Below the pieces are notes generated by a model. It did no database searches. It was not told the origin of the DNA and worked only from the letters and a program-made list of their open reading frames with translations. This document shows positions 10,974 through 24,965 of a DNA stretch of 64,000 nucleotides, one piece after another (within the stretch, counting starts at the first letter, position 1; each line of letters starts with the position of its first letter). Both the position numbers and the translations under genes were made by a program. Source of the stretch: Rhizodiscina lignyota (Eukaryota); assembly GCA_010015805.1 (NCBI GenBank), contig ML978123.1:744001-808000 (forward strand). Reading direction: 5' to 3'.

Positions 10974-11424
10974 AGTCGAAACTGCAAAGTTTCCCATCCA
11001 TGAGCCATAGTCTCCAGGCGCGACTAGCTCTTCCTAAAGCCCTCCTATGTATATCCCGCTTCTGTTTCCTTGCTGGGCTGGGGCATAGCTTGCAACTGCT
11101 CACCTGGAGCTTACGATTGGCACCGTGAAGTGTGCCTCATAGAGCAAGCATTCTACATAGAATAATATTAATACAATGAATTATACGATGAAAAATGATG
11201 GGTTTCCGTTCTTCCTTAAATGGGCCTGAAATTGAAAGGTGCACGTGATATGATTTCTCATCCATTGAAATGAACCGAGCTTGAGCTTGAGCTTGGACAT
11301 TGGAATTTCGGTGACGACATGGCCATATAGACTTTCGATCCGCCTAAATTCAATAACGAACATTGCAATTGATCTCGCCTGAGCAAGCTGCATCTTCAAA
11401 CTCTCTGCTCAATCATCGCGCAAA

Positions 11425-12054
11425 ATGGCCGCGCGAAGGGCACTCTTCCAACTCTCATCCCGCACACTCGCGATATCCGCACCAAAAGAACCAATTCGCC
11501 ATAGCTTGCGTGTCCTAGGCAAAGAAAGCACAAGATGTCTTCGCACGGCGACCATAGCAGCATGTAGAACATCCTCACAAGTTCAGAGAATTGAGCAAAG
11601 ACGATGGCACTCAACACCATCCGAAGTGCAGAAGCCAAAAGTCTACAACTTCGAAGACGTACGCTCCCCGCTCCGCCATCCCATCCCATCCCACACCCAA
11701 CTGACCCTCCCCTCCCAGATCCAATCCCTATCGTCCTCCCCCTCGCCATCCCGCATCCTCATCGACGTCCGCGAGCCCGCCGAGCTCTCCGCCTCGGGCA
11801 CCATCCCCACCGCAATCAACATCCCCGTGACGTCGCAGCCCGACGCGCTCGCCCTGCCACCAGACGAATTCTACGACCGCTTCGGGTTCGACAAGCCGTC
11901 GCCCGAGGCCGAGGTCGTGTTCTACTGCAAGGCGGGCGTGCGGAGCTCGGCGGCGGCGCAGCTCGCGCTGCAGAACGGGTATGAGAAGGTGGGGAATTAT
12001 AGGGGGAGTTGGTTGGATTGGGAGAAGCGAGGGGGGCGGAAGGAGGCGGTGTGA
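11425..12054 (+). CDS. Single-domain rhodanese / thiosulfate sulfurtransferase with probable mitochondrial presequence (RDL-like)
   Basis: LIDVREPAE, GTIPTAINIP, active-site loop FYCKAGVRS and NYRGSWLDW. Arg-rich N-terminus. Likely 60-nt intron at 11659-11718. Confidence 0.9.
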   Translation: MAARRALFQLSSRTLAISAPKEPIRHSLRVLGKESTRCLRTATIAACRTSSQVQRIEQRRWHSTPSEVQKPKVYNFEDVRSPLRHPIPSHTQLTLPSQIQSLSSSPSPSRILIDVREPAELSASGTIPTAINIPVTSQPDALALPPDEFYDRFGFDKPSPEAEVVFYCKAGVRSSAAAQLALQNGYEKVGNYRGSWLDWEKRGGRKEAV

Positions 12055-12388
12055 GGACGAAGAGGTACGGTGATGCGGAGTTATGGAGAGGGCGTGGGGA
12101 AGTTGAGCTCGCTTCTGGGATGGGAACATGCAGGCTTATTTCAAATGATAGACCGTCGACATGTACGATCTCGATGTACAAAGCGTACATGAGGTCGTAA
12201 ACCAGGGTGCGACACGACAGTTATTAGGCCGTTCAATGATAACGGAACCATTCATATTCTCCGTAGCAGCAACGCAATTCAGCAAGAACAGTAGTGACAT
12301 TGTGTGAGCGGCGTATATCGAACGCAGCATCCATACTTTTCAAAGACTGTTACCGAACGGTATAAACAACGCCTGATTCGCTTTTATA

Positions 12389-15300
12389 TTACAGCATCGG
12401 TGCCATTACCATCCTTAACCACCTCCACAACTCGCGTGCCAAGGTCTGCTGCTCATCATCCATCATGTCCTGGTCCAGTTCTAAGACAATGCCAGCCGCC
12501 CGAGCGAAATCTTCATAATCTTCCTCTGGCAATCCCTTTAAGATCTTCGTGATCGACTTCTCGCCTTTCCCTCCATCAGCGAGTAGCTTTTCCAGAAAGT
12601 CTCCATTAACATGACGTGGGTCTTGCGCTCCACCCAGCGTTCTTAGCACGTGCAAAGCATTGCCATCGAGAAGGGAGAACTGATAGACATGCCCATCAAC
12701 AGCTACGCCAACGATATCGTCTGCGAGGACGCCTTGTGGAAGCGCTGAGCCTTGTGGGCGAAGCCATGGTGGCCTCACAAGCCCACGACGTAGCCGCATG
12801 ATGGAGCGTGGAAGGTGAGCTTCGAAAAGTGTTGGGGCTGCAAGTTGGTTTGCGCGACGCGGCGGGCAGAAGAGGCCAGTAACAGACTGATTCTTGTCGG
12901 AGATGAGGATGAGGTTGGGATGAGAATCTACTCGGCCAGGTGGTGCGGAGTCAATTTGCATTGCGTCTGGATCTTGTGTTTGTATAGTGTTCGTGTGCGG
13001 TCTGTTGCAGTTCAAGTGAAGGTGATGTAGTGATTCTCGCGCCTGGGAATCTGAGAAGATCGGTTCGAGGCGCGCTGACGTTGGCCTCATATCTGTGTTT
13101 GCATGACCTGATGTAGTGGCATGCGTGCCGGCGGTCGTATTCCTTTCATTATGTCCATTCGTTCGGTCTTCAATGAATTCAAAGGCCATCAAGGAATCCT
13201 CTAAAGTTGAGACGTATACGTAAGGTGGACTGGCCGTAACTTGCAGACCGATAGACGGCAATTCGTACTTGCAGAGCCTTGCTGATCTTTGGTCACCGTT
13301 AGTTCGCCGGCACATCAGCTTGTTGTATTGTTGTTAAACTTACTTCCTGGTGGCAGCATCCATTCTCAGGATTCTCAACGCGGTCCCGGTTGTGATAGCA
13401 AAGTCTGTCTCACCTAAAGCTGCAACGCTATAAACCGGGTTAGGATATTCTGCTTTATGGACCACCCTTGTACTGATCCCTGGTCCACCGTCCGCTTCTA
13501 TTCGCCGGAGACTTAGGAAGTAAAGGACGCCAGTTGGATTGCCTTTCTCATCTTCCCTACCAGTGCCCACTAGCAGATGCACATACTTTTTCCCATCCAC
13601 AGAGATCTTCCATTCAAGTAAGCAGAATATCTTCTCATTAGGATACAGTGGAAGGGTGTAAAGATTACGCGAATCATCGTTCTCGTCAACCGGAGGCGTA
13701 TCAGCGGTGCTGATGAATTCGATTTGACCTCGGGTACATCGTTTGCCCGCCCAGTTCGGTCTCGGAATTCCCATATCTACCAAGTCTGTCCTTGTCGAAG
13801 CAACGACCATACAGTCGAGTTGTTCAAGATAGAGTAGGCGTGTTGGCGTACCTTGTTCGTGAAGCGGAAGTAAAGTTGGCACAGCTTTGGGCTGGAGATC
13901 AACAGAGGCTATGCTCAGTGTGGATCCAGATACAAGGACAGCCTTGCCCTCTAGATCGGCCCTTTCTAATAGATATGGATTGGCGATGCAGCATAAAGCC
14001 GAGATTGGAGTTCGCCGAGGGGTAGGCGAACCACGAAAGTTAGATACGACCTCATCAATGTGGAGAGTACCATTCCCCTGCAGCGTCAAACGGCAAAGTG
14101 TCGGTCCGCAGATTGCAAAGGCGGTACTGTGTGGTGAAGCACTTTCCGGGACAAGAATTACAGGAGTAATGCCAAGAGCGATGAATTGTTGATCCAAGGC
14201 AACAATTTCTGGGCCCGTAGGCGTATGATATGAGCGATAGCCATTGAATTCGGCAGTCCCATTTGCGTGTTCCATTCTCATATCTGGGGCAAGACGCACC
14301 GTGAGAATCGAACCATCTCTCATGCCACATACAAGCATGCATGTGATATCCGAGTGGGAGGATTCGGTATCGACACTCCGATGCAGCACAGTAAGTGACT
14401 CGCATATAGTCGGTGAGTTGGCGTACTCGGGTCGTGCTAATCTGTACGTCAAGCACGGCGACAACGTGTCCCGCTCGCCTCGTCTGAGCAGATGCAAGGT
14501 TCCGTCGGCTGTGCTTGCAGCTGTGTACAACGTTGCACCGAGCTCGAAAATTGCCACTGCGGTCGGCTCCGAGGAAAGAATGAACAGTTCTCCAACGGTA
14601 TCATCGGTGTTTTCCAACCCAGGCGGTATATTGGCTTGGATCTGGACTAGACACAACGCGAAGGCCGTTTCGACACGTAAAGCCGCAACAACTGTCGAGG
14701 TACTCCTTGAAATAGAGGCGCAAATGATGTGAAAAGAACCAGGAGGTCCGAGTATCACCTCGGAGAATTGTTTGAGGGTGTTGCCATCGCTGTATAGAAC
14801 TTGTAGAGAAACATCCGTGACTTGGACAATCTGTCTCCGAGGTAAAATGGCAACAGCAAGAGTTGGACGATTGAAAACCAGGCCACAATTCTCCTCGTTG
14901 AAGTCGCCTTCCAACTCATCGTCTTCTTTCGCATTTGTTGCTATCGAAAGTCGCACAAGCGTGGTTTCCTCAGCGTGAGACAAAAAGAGCAAGACATCTC
15001 TGGTCGTTTCCAGGACAGCCCAGAGTCGAATAACACCTGAGAATGATTCAATTGTCCCAGTGAATTTTGTCAATGCCTCGACACCAAGCCTCAATTCTGC
15101 GATCGCGCCATGTCGTGGACCCCTCATTGCCGTAGTATATATCGATGTGCGGCCCTCAGAGGCACCCACGCCCGACCGTTGGCCAAGTCCAGAGACAGTC
15201 ATATCAAAACTGGCAGACCAATTGTGAAGGGTTTCGACAGTCTGTGGTGTCATGGCTTCTGGGCGAGTAAGGCCATAGAGGAGATCATTAGGCCCTAGTC

Positions 15301-16637
15301 CAATTTTCAGCACTTGACCTGGACTTTCATTGCCCGTGGACACCAAGAAGAAAGGTCCCCGCAGCGTTGTATCGACCTCGCAGTAGGCAAAGGCTTGGTC
15401 AACGAATCCACCGAAAAGAGCCATCTTCCCAGACATGTCTGCTTCTCCATTTTCGAGATGGAAGTAGTAGACATATCCATCTTCTCTGACGATATGGAAA
15501 GCTTCCTTTTTCTTATCAATCCACTGCACATTGCGTACCGCTCTCGACCAAGCTGTCCACAGTGGACGACGAGAAGAGGTTGCTGGGAAAATTGGGGCTT
15601 GTTGCTGTGTATTTAGAAATTCGGTCGGACCGTAAAGGTTCAGTGAGCGTGACATAGCATCGCTGCCGATGAGGTACTCTTTTTCATACACCAAGAGGAA
15701 AGAAGGAGAGTGCTCCATAGGAATGAGTAATTGAGGTTTTTGGAAGCCTGCCAGTATTAGCTGATTGCCCTTTTGTGGGATATATTGTCATACCTGGCCC
15801 AAGAGGATGAGTATGAGAGCCACTGTGCTTGAGGGTAGGATTTTCGGCGAAATTCCAAGTGTACCACAAAATCTTCGTTCTCTGTTCGCTGGCAACAACT
15901 AGGACCAGAGCAACGTGGTCTGGGTAATCTGATCCTAGTGCAAGGAAGTCCATGCATTGGATAGTGCCTTCGACTCGCAACATGGATGCAGCCGCAATTG
16001 GGATCCATTTTGATCTTCCATGGGTATCAAGATAGACTTTGCCGAGAGCCTCGAGATCTCTCAGTTGGAACATCATTAAATTATTTTCATGTGCGGCAAC
16101 GGCGATGGCGCGGTTGTTTGGGTCCACCGCAAGCAGATGCCCAGGTGTCCTAGTAACATCACCTGGGTCGAAGAGTGGCCATATATGTTCATTAAAATCG
16201 ACACAGTTGGGATTTGTTTCATCGGCTATGAGAAATCGAAGCTCCGGCGGATCTTCCAACACAAAGACGAGAAACTGGGGTGGTGGGACATTTTCGGCGG
16301 GTTCCTTGAAGTACTCCTCTGGTACCTTTTGTGGCGGATGTCCTTCAGCTGGTTCTGGCTTTGGACCTTCTCCAATCACCGCGGCTGCTCGGATTCGTGA
16401 AGAGAAGTCGCATATCGTCCCAACATGGCGTAGGTGGCCATTCTCAGACATCTCCTTGATATGGAAAAAGTCTTCTCCAACAAAGACAACATTCTGGCAT
16501 TTCTTTCGATATAGTCTTGCTGGAAGAATCTTCTTGATGGCTGGGCTCCTGAGCAGAGATCGTGAGAGGACACCCACTTCTGGTGCAGCTTGCCGTGAGC
16601 GCTGGGGGAGATGATGATCGACATCCATACTCTCCAT
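12389..16637 (-). CDS. Mms1/DDB1/CPSF-A-like multi beta-propeller protein
   Basis: Three long ORFs (16637-15684, 15718-13340, 13315-12389) are joinable by GT-AG introns. N-terminal GVLSRSLLRSP, VVFVGEDF and PGHLLAVDPNNRAIAVAA resemble the Mms1/RSE1/DDB1 N-terminal propeller. Family call is from motif recognition only. Confidence 0.75.
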
Positions 16638-17936
16638 GGTGGTTGAGAAGCGTTCCGATAGTGGGGGAGGTTCAAGTAACACCCACAAATCAAGTCTAAG
16701 TGTCCATACGTTCCTACCGAGATTCTGGCGAAGTCAACGGCTCTCAGAGCCCAAGAGGTGAATCCTGTACAGAGAAGGCAAAGAGGTGAATGATGACTGG
16801 ATTGAACACGATGGAAAGGCCTGGTTTCAGACGTGGCTGACTTGTTGCTACCACGTCATGAGAAATCGAGAGATGTGGAGAGGCTGAGGAAACACGCCTG
16901 ACATGTTGGGACGTCCAATTTCGCGGGTCTGTCGTCCTTGGAGAGTGCAGTGATGGAGGTGAATGTGGTGAGACTCTGGCAGCAATTCTCTCAAATGTGA
17001 AGCGGCTGTGCGGCGGCCAACTCGCGGCAGTGGTGATCAAGGCATGAGTAAGGCAACAATAAGTGACTTAACGCAGTCCACCACGAGAAGCGCTGCAGCT
17101 CGCTGGAACCGGCGAGAAGCGTTCGCGAATCACGGACTCTGGCAATGCCGGAAAATCGGAGCAGATCGTTCGAGAGATTCCGCAGGTGACTGGCGTTTGC
17201 TGCACTCAGTTATAGCCTGATATAAAGGAGGGCAGGGAGCGGTGATGGATGGAGACCGGAGCAAGGCGAACTCCAGAGTCCAGCGTGCAGAGGTGACAGC
17301 TTCAGCCAACGTCTTGCGTACGGCTTGCAGCTCGCACTGCACTGCAGCGCCCGGCATCCAGTGACGACTAAGACGTGTTTGGGCCGTCCTACCGCAATTC
17401 CGAAGCTGCGGCGTGGGATATGAAGGTGATTTGACGGGGAACGGGCGCTCTCTGACCCGGAATGCTGCAGGCCGTGGCAGTCTCGAGCTAATTCGTTTTG
17501 CCTTCCTAGCCCGGGCGTGGTGCTGAGGGTCCCTTAGTCCAAAGGAGTACGTAGCAGAAGAGGCTCTCCATGCAGCCCACCACTCACTCACCTCGGCGTA
17601 TTCTGCCCTTGCCGGAGCCTGCACCTGCAGGCTGCCGCGAGCGGGTAATCTTCGGCATCTCGAGCTCCAGATCGACGCCATCGAGGTGGAAGGCAGCTCA
17701 AAAGCTCCATCCCCAACGCTGGAACTCCACTGCGTACTCCGCACGTCGAGCGAGGACTTACTGGATCCAGATTATTTCTGCATGCATGCAAGTCCAAAAC
17801 ACCTGGCCGTGTAACCACTCTCCCACCCTCTCGCCTTCCCCGAACCTAATTGCGTATCCCACTCCCTCCGTTTGACGTCTCGTCAGAAGCGCCTGCGAGC
17901 AGACTATGGAGCCGCGTTCACATACAACGTGGCTAT

Positions 17937-19417
17937 ATGGATCGTCGTTCTTCTAGTTCCAGCTCCTACGCAAGCTCCCTTCGAGCACACTTTCGTTCCG
18001 AACCGAGCGAAAAGACGCCCCTCAATGGGCACACTCCATCATGGACGTCGGAGCGTCTGCCAGAGGCTCAGCAGCAGAAGGTGATGCAGATTCTGCAGGC
18101 CTGCAAGGACAGAAATATTGCAGCTCTAGCCTCGCTTGCCGCCAGTCGCGATGGTTTCGTAGAGGACGAGGTCCGCCGGACAGCATGTATGTCATACCGA
18201 TCCTTCACGTCGCTTGTGTTACCTGGAAACAGGTCCGCTTTTTGGCTTGCACGCCTTCCATTGGCCTGGTACTATGGCTGCAGCAGAGGTCAGAGCTGAT
18301 GATGTTTCGTTCCAGGGCCCGTTCTGATGGGTTGTGACGACTCCAACGCCGATGCAAAGGCAGACTGGAAAACATTGCCCACTCATCGGGACGAGGATCA
18401 AGTCAAGCTGGACGTCAACAGATCGTTTGTGTATTACCCAAGCGGCGAGTCGGAAAAGCAACTCGAGCAACGTAAAGAGGACCTGTCTGACTTAATTACG
18501 GAGACGCTAAGGAGACACCCAATCTTGTGCTACTTCCAAGGCTATCATGACATTGTCCAAGTCTTCCTACTCGTCCTGGGACGAGAGCGTGCAGTGTCTG
18601 CCATTGCACGGCTGTCATTGCTTCGTATCCGCGACTTCATGCTTCCAGCGCTGTCGCCAGCCATGCCTCATCTTTATCTCCTTCCAGCGATTATCTACGT
18701 GGCCGATCCGCTCCTCTGCAGGCACATATCTGGAACACAGCCGTATTTTGCGCTTGCAGCGACTCTGACCTTATATGCTCATGACATCCAAGAGTATGGG
18801 GATATTGCTCGGCTGTTTGACTTTCTCCTTGCCAGAGAAGCTGTCGTCTCCGTGTATCTGTACGCAGTGGTATGGCTCCATTGAACTGCGCGTGTAGGCG
18901 TGTCCAGTAACTTCAATTTTAGATTATACTCGCACGCAAGGAGGAACTACTGGAGATTCCCACCGACGAGCCAGAAATGCTGCACTTCACACTCTCCAAA
19001 CTCCCTCAGCCCCTTGACCTTGAAAGTCTCATCGAACAAACGACCTACCTTTTTGCAAATCATCCCCCCGAATCTCTCCCTTTTCGAGCTTGGCGACGCA
19101 TATCTGGAAACAGCGTCCTCAAGACCACACGTGATCCAACCGCACTCTCCAGGCAAACAATAAAAGATGGAGAAAGATTATTTGCTAAACAAGCTGGTGA
19201 ATTGCGGCGTCAACAGATGGTTGAAGCCGCGACGAAAGAGATGAAGAGACGATTGTGGACATACAGGCGCCCAGTGGTGCTCACCGCGGCTGTAGCTGTC
19301 GGCTTTCTGGCATGGTACATTGGAAGTAAAGGGCCGTCTGGGACCGCTGGGAAGTTGATGGGTGCTTCTGCCAGACTCTTTGGGGAATTTTCCAAGATTT
19401 TAGGATGGTTATGGTAA
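17937..19417 (+). CDS. GYP8: TBC-domain Rab GTPase-activating protein (Gyp8/TBC1D20-like), tail-anchored
   Basis: GFVEDEVRRTA(W), DEDQVKLDVNRSF (arginine finger), YFQGYHDIVQV (glutamine finger), IARLFDFLLA and a C-terminal TM (VVLTAAVAVGFLAWYI). Two introns. Start codon uncertain. Confidence 0.88.
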
Positions 19418-19775
19418 GGTTTAGACAAAAGTCGGCAATTCCAACTGAAGGAGCCACATAGAAGGCGCATTGGAAGTCCATCGATACCCGGGCAAATTAT
19501 ATTTTGAAATACAGGAGATCTCTCACGATGATAACTTTCAACACCTACCGTTCATATTGGTATCTCGTTTCTTTCGTTGGAGTCTTGATTTACCAACGGT
19601 GAAGTTGGCCTTCCATATTTCAACGGTTATCAGCTCCATCATCAGACCTACAGTAGTATTTCGCACCTTCCTACATATACCCCTCTCCCCTCTCATTTTC
19701 CCAATCGCACCTTCATCACCTCAAACAGATTTCAAACCAATTCGGGAGCCACTGCCAATCCAGCATCGCGCAAAG

Positions 19776-20710
19776 ATGGAGATCATCAACTCAGCCTTCA
19801 AGGAGGTTGTGCCTGCTGGTGACTTTCAGTAAGCCACCTTACTTCTTTGATTTGAGTTTGTTCGTTATTTGAGTGGATTCTAATTTCGGTGTAGCAAAGT
19901 GAGCGGCTGGACAGCTGTCAACGCCTTTCGCTACAACTTAAACTCGATGAACGAAGCTATTACTAGAAGGCATGTCATCCTCAGAATGACGACATTCATC
20001 ATCAACAACACTAAGATGCTAACCACACCAGCTTATTAGAACGATAGGAACATCGACTCCGAATAGCTCCGGTGTTTGCCGCGGCCTCCCAACTCCTTTT
20101 GAGAGCGGGCCCGGCGACCAGCATCTAATGCAACAGGGAAAACGGGCGAAGAAAAAGGCTCGCTCAACTGTCAACAGACCAGCCTGCAACGCAACAAAGA
20201 AACGAAAGAGGGCGTCAGTCTCACCCACCAATCCGGAACCAGTCATGAAGCGAACCAAGTGAGCTTACACATATGCACATCAATGAGGTTAGAGCTAATA
20301 CGCGTAGGCACTCGTCTTCTCCTATGTCACCGCCAACGCTTTCTAGTCCTCTGGATCGGTCCGCAATGTCTTCCTGGGTGAACGAGCAAACACGCAACAG
20401 ATCTACGCCGATCAGTGACCTCCTAGCAACCACCCTCTCTGATATTGACGAAAAAAACAAGAGACTTGCTCGAAGTTCCAACGAGCGCACAGGGGAAGAG
20501 CAAACTTTATCTAGTGCTGGAGCTACAATAAGTTCTCGCACTACATGGTCTTCGTTCGCGACGCCAAAGGAGAGCAACACGTCTTGGACCAGCCCCCAGA
20601 TCGATAACGCTTGGGCTAGAGTGAATGAAGCCAGCACAGCTATTACCCAAGCGGCTCGAGAGATGAAGAGATCTGCGAAGAAAATCAACGCACGAAACGC
20701 CAAAGCATGA
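19776..20710 (+). CDS. Hypothetical low-complexity protein with basic NLS-like patches; about 4 exons
   Basis: ATG at 19776; intron 19829-19894; possible GC-AG intron about 19970-20039; third intron about 20259-20307. The spliced frame gives KRAKKKARS, TKKRKRAS and a C-terminal helical segment. No family recognised. Confidence 0.5.
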
Positions 20711-21012
20711 AGCCTTTTGAGTTGTGATCGAAGCTAGAGAGTATGCTCTGGGAAGTTCACAGGAGCCATTGGAAACACAAACCTCTCGAGACATAAGCAT
20801 GCATTAAGCTTCGAGGTGCTTCTCTCATGCTGTCTTTATCGCATATTCAAATATTCTTTTCTTTTTGGCATGGGATATCTGCTCGTTTTGTATTGTTACG
20901 GGATGGGGTTTAGTGGTTTGTTTCAGGGCAATTGGATACCGTCTACGAGTCGATTTTGGTTCGCTCCTAAGAATGGAATCTCTACTCTACTCTACTTTAT
21001 ATTCTACAATAT

Positions 21013-24000
21013 CTACCAATCGATGCCGTTTGCGCCTCTCTCCCCGCCTGCCAGAATCATCTTCGCCGTTGCTATCTCACCCTTTCCACCCTCAAAATGA
21101 CTCGCTTGCAGCCCTTTCCTGCCCTTCATCCGCTCCAGCTTCTTATCCAACTTCTCAAATGGATCGGTCGTCTCTGCCTTCTTTATCTTCCACTTCTCCG
21201 TGCCCAGCACCGAGTCCAATTCCTCGACTGGCGGGAGTTTGACGTACACCCAGCCATCATCCCTCTCCTCCACCGGAAACGTCGCAATGTTGACCTGGTC
21301 GTCGTTCCCGCACTTTCCTGCGCTCTCGCCTCCAAGTTCATAGTTGCGCTTGTGGTACGGACAGCTGACCCAGAGTTTATTGTTCGCGAGGTCCTCTCCG
21401 ATCAAGCCGTCGGCGAGTACGAAGGCACGCTTGTGCGGACACATCTGCTGGGTGCAGTAATACTTGCCGCGAACCTTGAAGACGGCTAGCTGCGTGTCGC
21501 CGCGCTTGATAGCCTGGCTATCGCCTGTTGCGACGTCTCGGAACAGGTCGGCTTTGACCATGGGCTGCCACGTCAAATTACTCCACTTGGTACCACGGAA
21601 GTCCTCTTTAACTGACTCCTTGGGCCAGTACGACGGCCGTGCCTGGCCGCGCTCAACGGTCGGTTCGATTGTGTCGACAATGTTATCGTCAGTGTTGGCA
21701 AATTGATTGAAGAGTTTCCGACGCTCCGGATCCTTGATGACTTCAGTCCATTCGCAGAAATATGATCCAACAAGCTCCTCCATCTGCTTTTCCAACTCCG
21801 CGCAGATACCGAGCTTATCCTCTAAGATCACTTCGCGCAGATATTTTATGCCGCCCGGCAAGTTCTCGACCCATCTGGCCGTTCTCTGTAGTTTATCTGC
21901 GGTGCGAATGTAGAAGCTGAGATATCTGTCCAGTATGGGAATGACGTCGTCTGGCGGTACGTCCTTGGCCAGCAGTTCCGAATGTCGGGGTTTTGCACCA
22001 CCATTACCACCCACAAAAATGTTGAAGCCCTTCTCTGTCGCGATAAGGCCGAAGTCCTTATTTTGTGCTTCGGCGCACTCACGAACGCAGCCAGATACAC
22101 CACCCTTGATCTTGTGCGGGCCTCGGATGGACTTGTATCGTTCCTCCAGCCGAACGGCCATGCCCACGGAATCGCCAATGCCAAACCGACACCATGTGGT
22201 TCCCACACACGACTTGACTGTGCGAAGAGACTTTGCATATGCATGACCAGACTCCATCCCTCCCTCAATGAGCTCGGTCCAGATTGCAATAAGATCCTGT
22301 TTCCTAGCTCCGAACATGTCGATTCTCTGCCCACCAGTGATCTTTGTATAGAGGCCGTACTTCTTCGCGACAGTACCGATGATGATCAGCTTCTCAGGGG
22401 TAATCTCGCCGCCTGCAACCCTGGGAATGACTGAAAAGGTACCGTTGCGTTGAATGTTTGCTAAGAATTTGTCGTTCGTGTCCTGCAACCCTCTTCGGCC
22501 CCCGCCGATAATGTGCTTGTTGAAAAGCGATGCGATGATAGATCCAATTGCTGGCTTACACGCCTCGCAGCCCAAGGACTGGGGGTCCTTGCCGCATTCC
22601 TTCATGATATCTGGGAAGGACTGTAATTTTTTGACATAAATGATGTTGAATAGATCGGCTCGTGAATACTCGAAATGGGGGCAGAGGTGATTTTTTACCT
22701 CCTGTCCCATGGACGCCATGGCCTTGTTGAAGATGGTCGTGACCAGCGGCATGCAGCCTCCACAACCAGTACCAGCCTTTGTGCAGGCCTTGACGTCGCC
22801 AATGCTCTTGCATGTACCATCTTTTATGGATTTGACTACATCGCCCTTATTGACATTGTGGCACGAGCAAATTTGCGTATCATCGGCGCTGATTGATAAT
22901 TAGAGAAGTCCCCAAATCGGAAAGAAGAGTACTCACAGGTCATCCGCATCATCATCTTTCGATGCACCAACAATAAGTTCGCTTGGAGGGATTTCCAGAG
23001 GTTTCTGGTTCTTCACCAGTGGTACCAGTTTGATGTAATCTTTCGTATCGCCAATCATCATGCCTCCAAGCAAGTATTTGCCATCCATCGTGAAGAGGTA
23101 CTTCTTGTATACTTGTGAAAACGGGTCTTTGTAAGTCAACGCCTTGACAGGAGGAGGTGGCGGTCCATCTGTCAGCGATTTGACACGCTCTTTCGCCTCG
23201 ATGATGCCCTCCTTCTTCCCGCCGTGTCTCTTTGTAGGCAGTTCTTTCGGTCCGTCCCTATCTGCGAAAAAGTCGCCAAAGCTCGCAACCTCAACGCCGA
23301 GCAATTTCAACTTCGTGCTAAGATCAGGCCGTTTAAATGTCCGCGGAGAGTGTGCTTTAGCTTGCGTGAGATTGAAGGCTAAGACGTCCGCCATCTCTAC
23401 ACCTGGTGCGATCAGGCCAAACGTTTGATTCTCCCAGCTTGCGCATTCTCCGATTGCGTAGATGTCGGGAATAGACGTAGACAAATCGGTCTGTACTACA
23501 ATGCCACCACCTCGATCGGCACATTTGATGCCGGCTTTGCGCGCCAGGTCATCGCGAGGTCTTATACCAATCTGCAAGCATGAGCGAAAAGCCAATTGAC
23601 TTGTCGTCGAGATCGACTTACCGCAAAGCAGATGCAACTGCAGTCCATTTCTTCGCCATCCTCAAACTTTACACCAATCACGTTGTTATCCGCGTCCGTA
23701 TGGACCTTCCCAACTCGCTTGCTGAGAAGAACTTCCAGTCCCAGTGCTTGGACCTGCTCCACAACCATGCCACCAGCATCACCATCAAGCTGTCTTGACA
23801 GCACCCAACGATTCCGTTCTATCAACTTTACTTTGCTGAATTGCTCAAGGTCCATCATGGCTTTCGCCGCTTCTAGGCCTAGCAAACCTCCGCCCACTAC
23901 CGCGCCCGTAGTGCCTTTCTTCGTTGCCGCAAAGTCGATGAGGTTCTGTAGATCGTTGATTGTTCGATATACGAAGACGCCTTTTGCATCGTGGCCTGGT

Positions 24001-24525
24001 GTATGTCGCGGCAGTAATGCATCTGAGCCAGTCGCAAGAACAAGGATATCGTAGGAAACGTCGTCACCCGCAGATGTCTTCACGGTTTTGTTCTTCGAGT
24101 CGATATCTGTCACACGCGTATTGATGTGATAGCTTAATGAACCTTCTGGCATACTTGAATACTAGATGGAATCGCGTTAGCCCTTGAAGAAAGCCACATG
24201 TAGAGTAAGAACTGACCCATTCTTTTGGATTCAGATACAAGTTTTCGATTTCCCGATGCTGAAAGAAGCTCGTCAATCCCACACGATTGTAGGCAAGATG
24301 TGGCTCCTCTCCAATGACGACTATGTCGTATTCGCGTCGCTTGATATCGAGCTTCATCAATTTCTCAATGAACGCGATGCCGACCATCCCCAGGCCTACA
24401 ACCACTATCCTCTTTCTGCCTGTGCCATTGGGCAGTTCCTGCTTTAGCTTCATCTCTTCCACCTTCTCGGGGAGTCGGTTCGCCTCAGCATCGTTCCACT
24501 CCCGATTACTCTGACCCCAGTCCAT
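21013..24525 (-). CDS. niiA: Nitrite reductase [NAD(P)H], siroheme
   Basis: FAD motif [12 protein letters not shown](P)H motif [15 protein letters not shown]-like Cys clusters (CSCHNV..CGGC; CPHF..CEACKP), siroheme/4Fe-4S motifs [12 protein letters not shown] and [11 protein letters not shown], and C-terminal Rieske CPHK..CPYH. Three introns. Confidence 0.98.
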
Positions 24526-24965
24526 GCTGATGCTGCTACTTCCGCAGGCACTGGAGTGCCCAGAAATGCAACGCTTAAAGGGTTTTGATCAAAGACGATC
24601 GTACCAAACAGATGGCCTTTCCTCAATGAAGGAGGTCGAGCAAACTGGGAGAGGGTTTTAACCTCAAGAGGCCTTCAGACAAAATCCCATCCAACACCAA
24701 TGTTGCGCTTACGCTGAAGGCAAAAACATAAACTCTGAAGGTTGAAAAAAGGTTCCAGGCGAACCAAAAGGATTGCAAAAAGAGAAACCGGCAATTACAG
24801 TTTCATTCAATGGCCTACCTAATCCGAATTGCAGAACTCTCCATCGCCGGAGATGTCATAAACAGAGTTCGACCACAGAATACCCCAGATGCACGTCACT
24901 ATCGCGATCCAAAGTCCGCGCAAATGCATCATGGCGCACAGATGCCATAGACAAGCAGAATTAAT

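Noticed and set aside
9157..12054. P450 with nearby hydrolase and rhodanese as a possible secondary-metabolite cluster
   Set aside because: The P450 is the housekeeping CYP61/ERG5, and no PKS, NRPS or terpene synthase occurs in the window.
17130..17875. 204-aa minus and 101-aa plus ORFs in the divergent Mms1-like/GYP8 interval
   Set aside because: GC-rich promoter/UTR sequence; the translations lack domain-like patterns.
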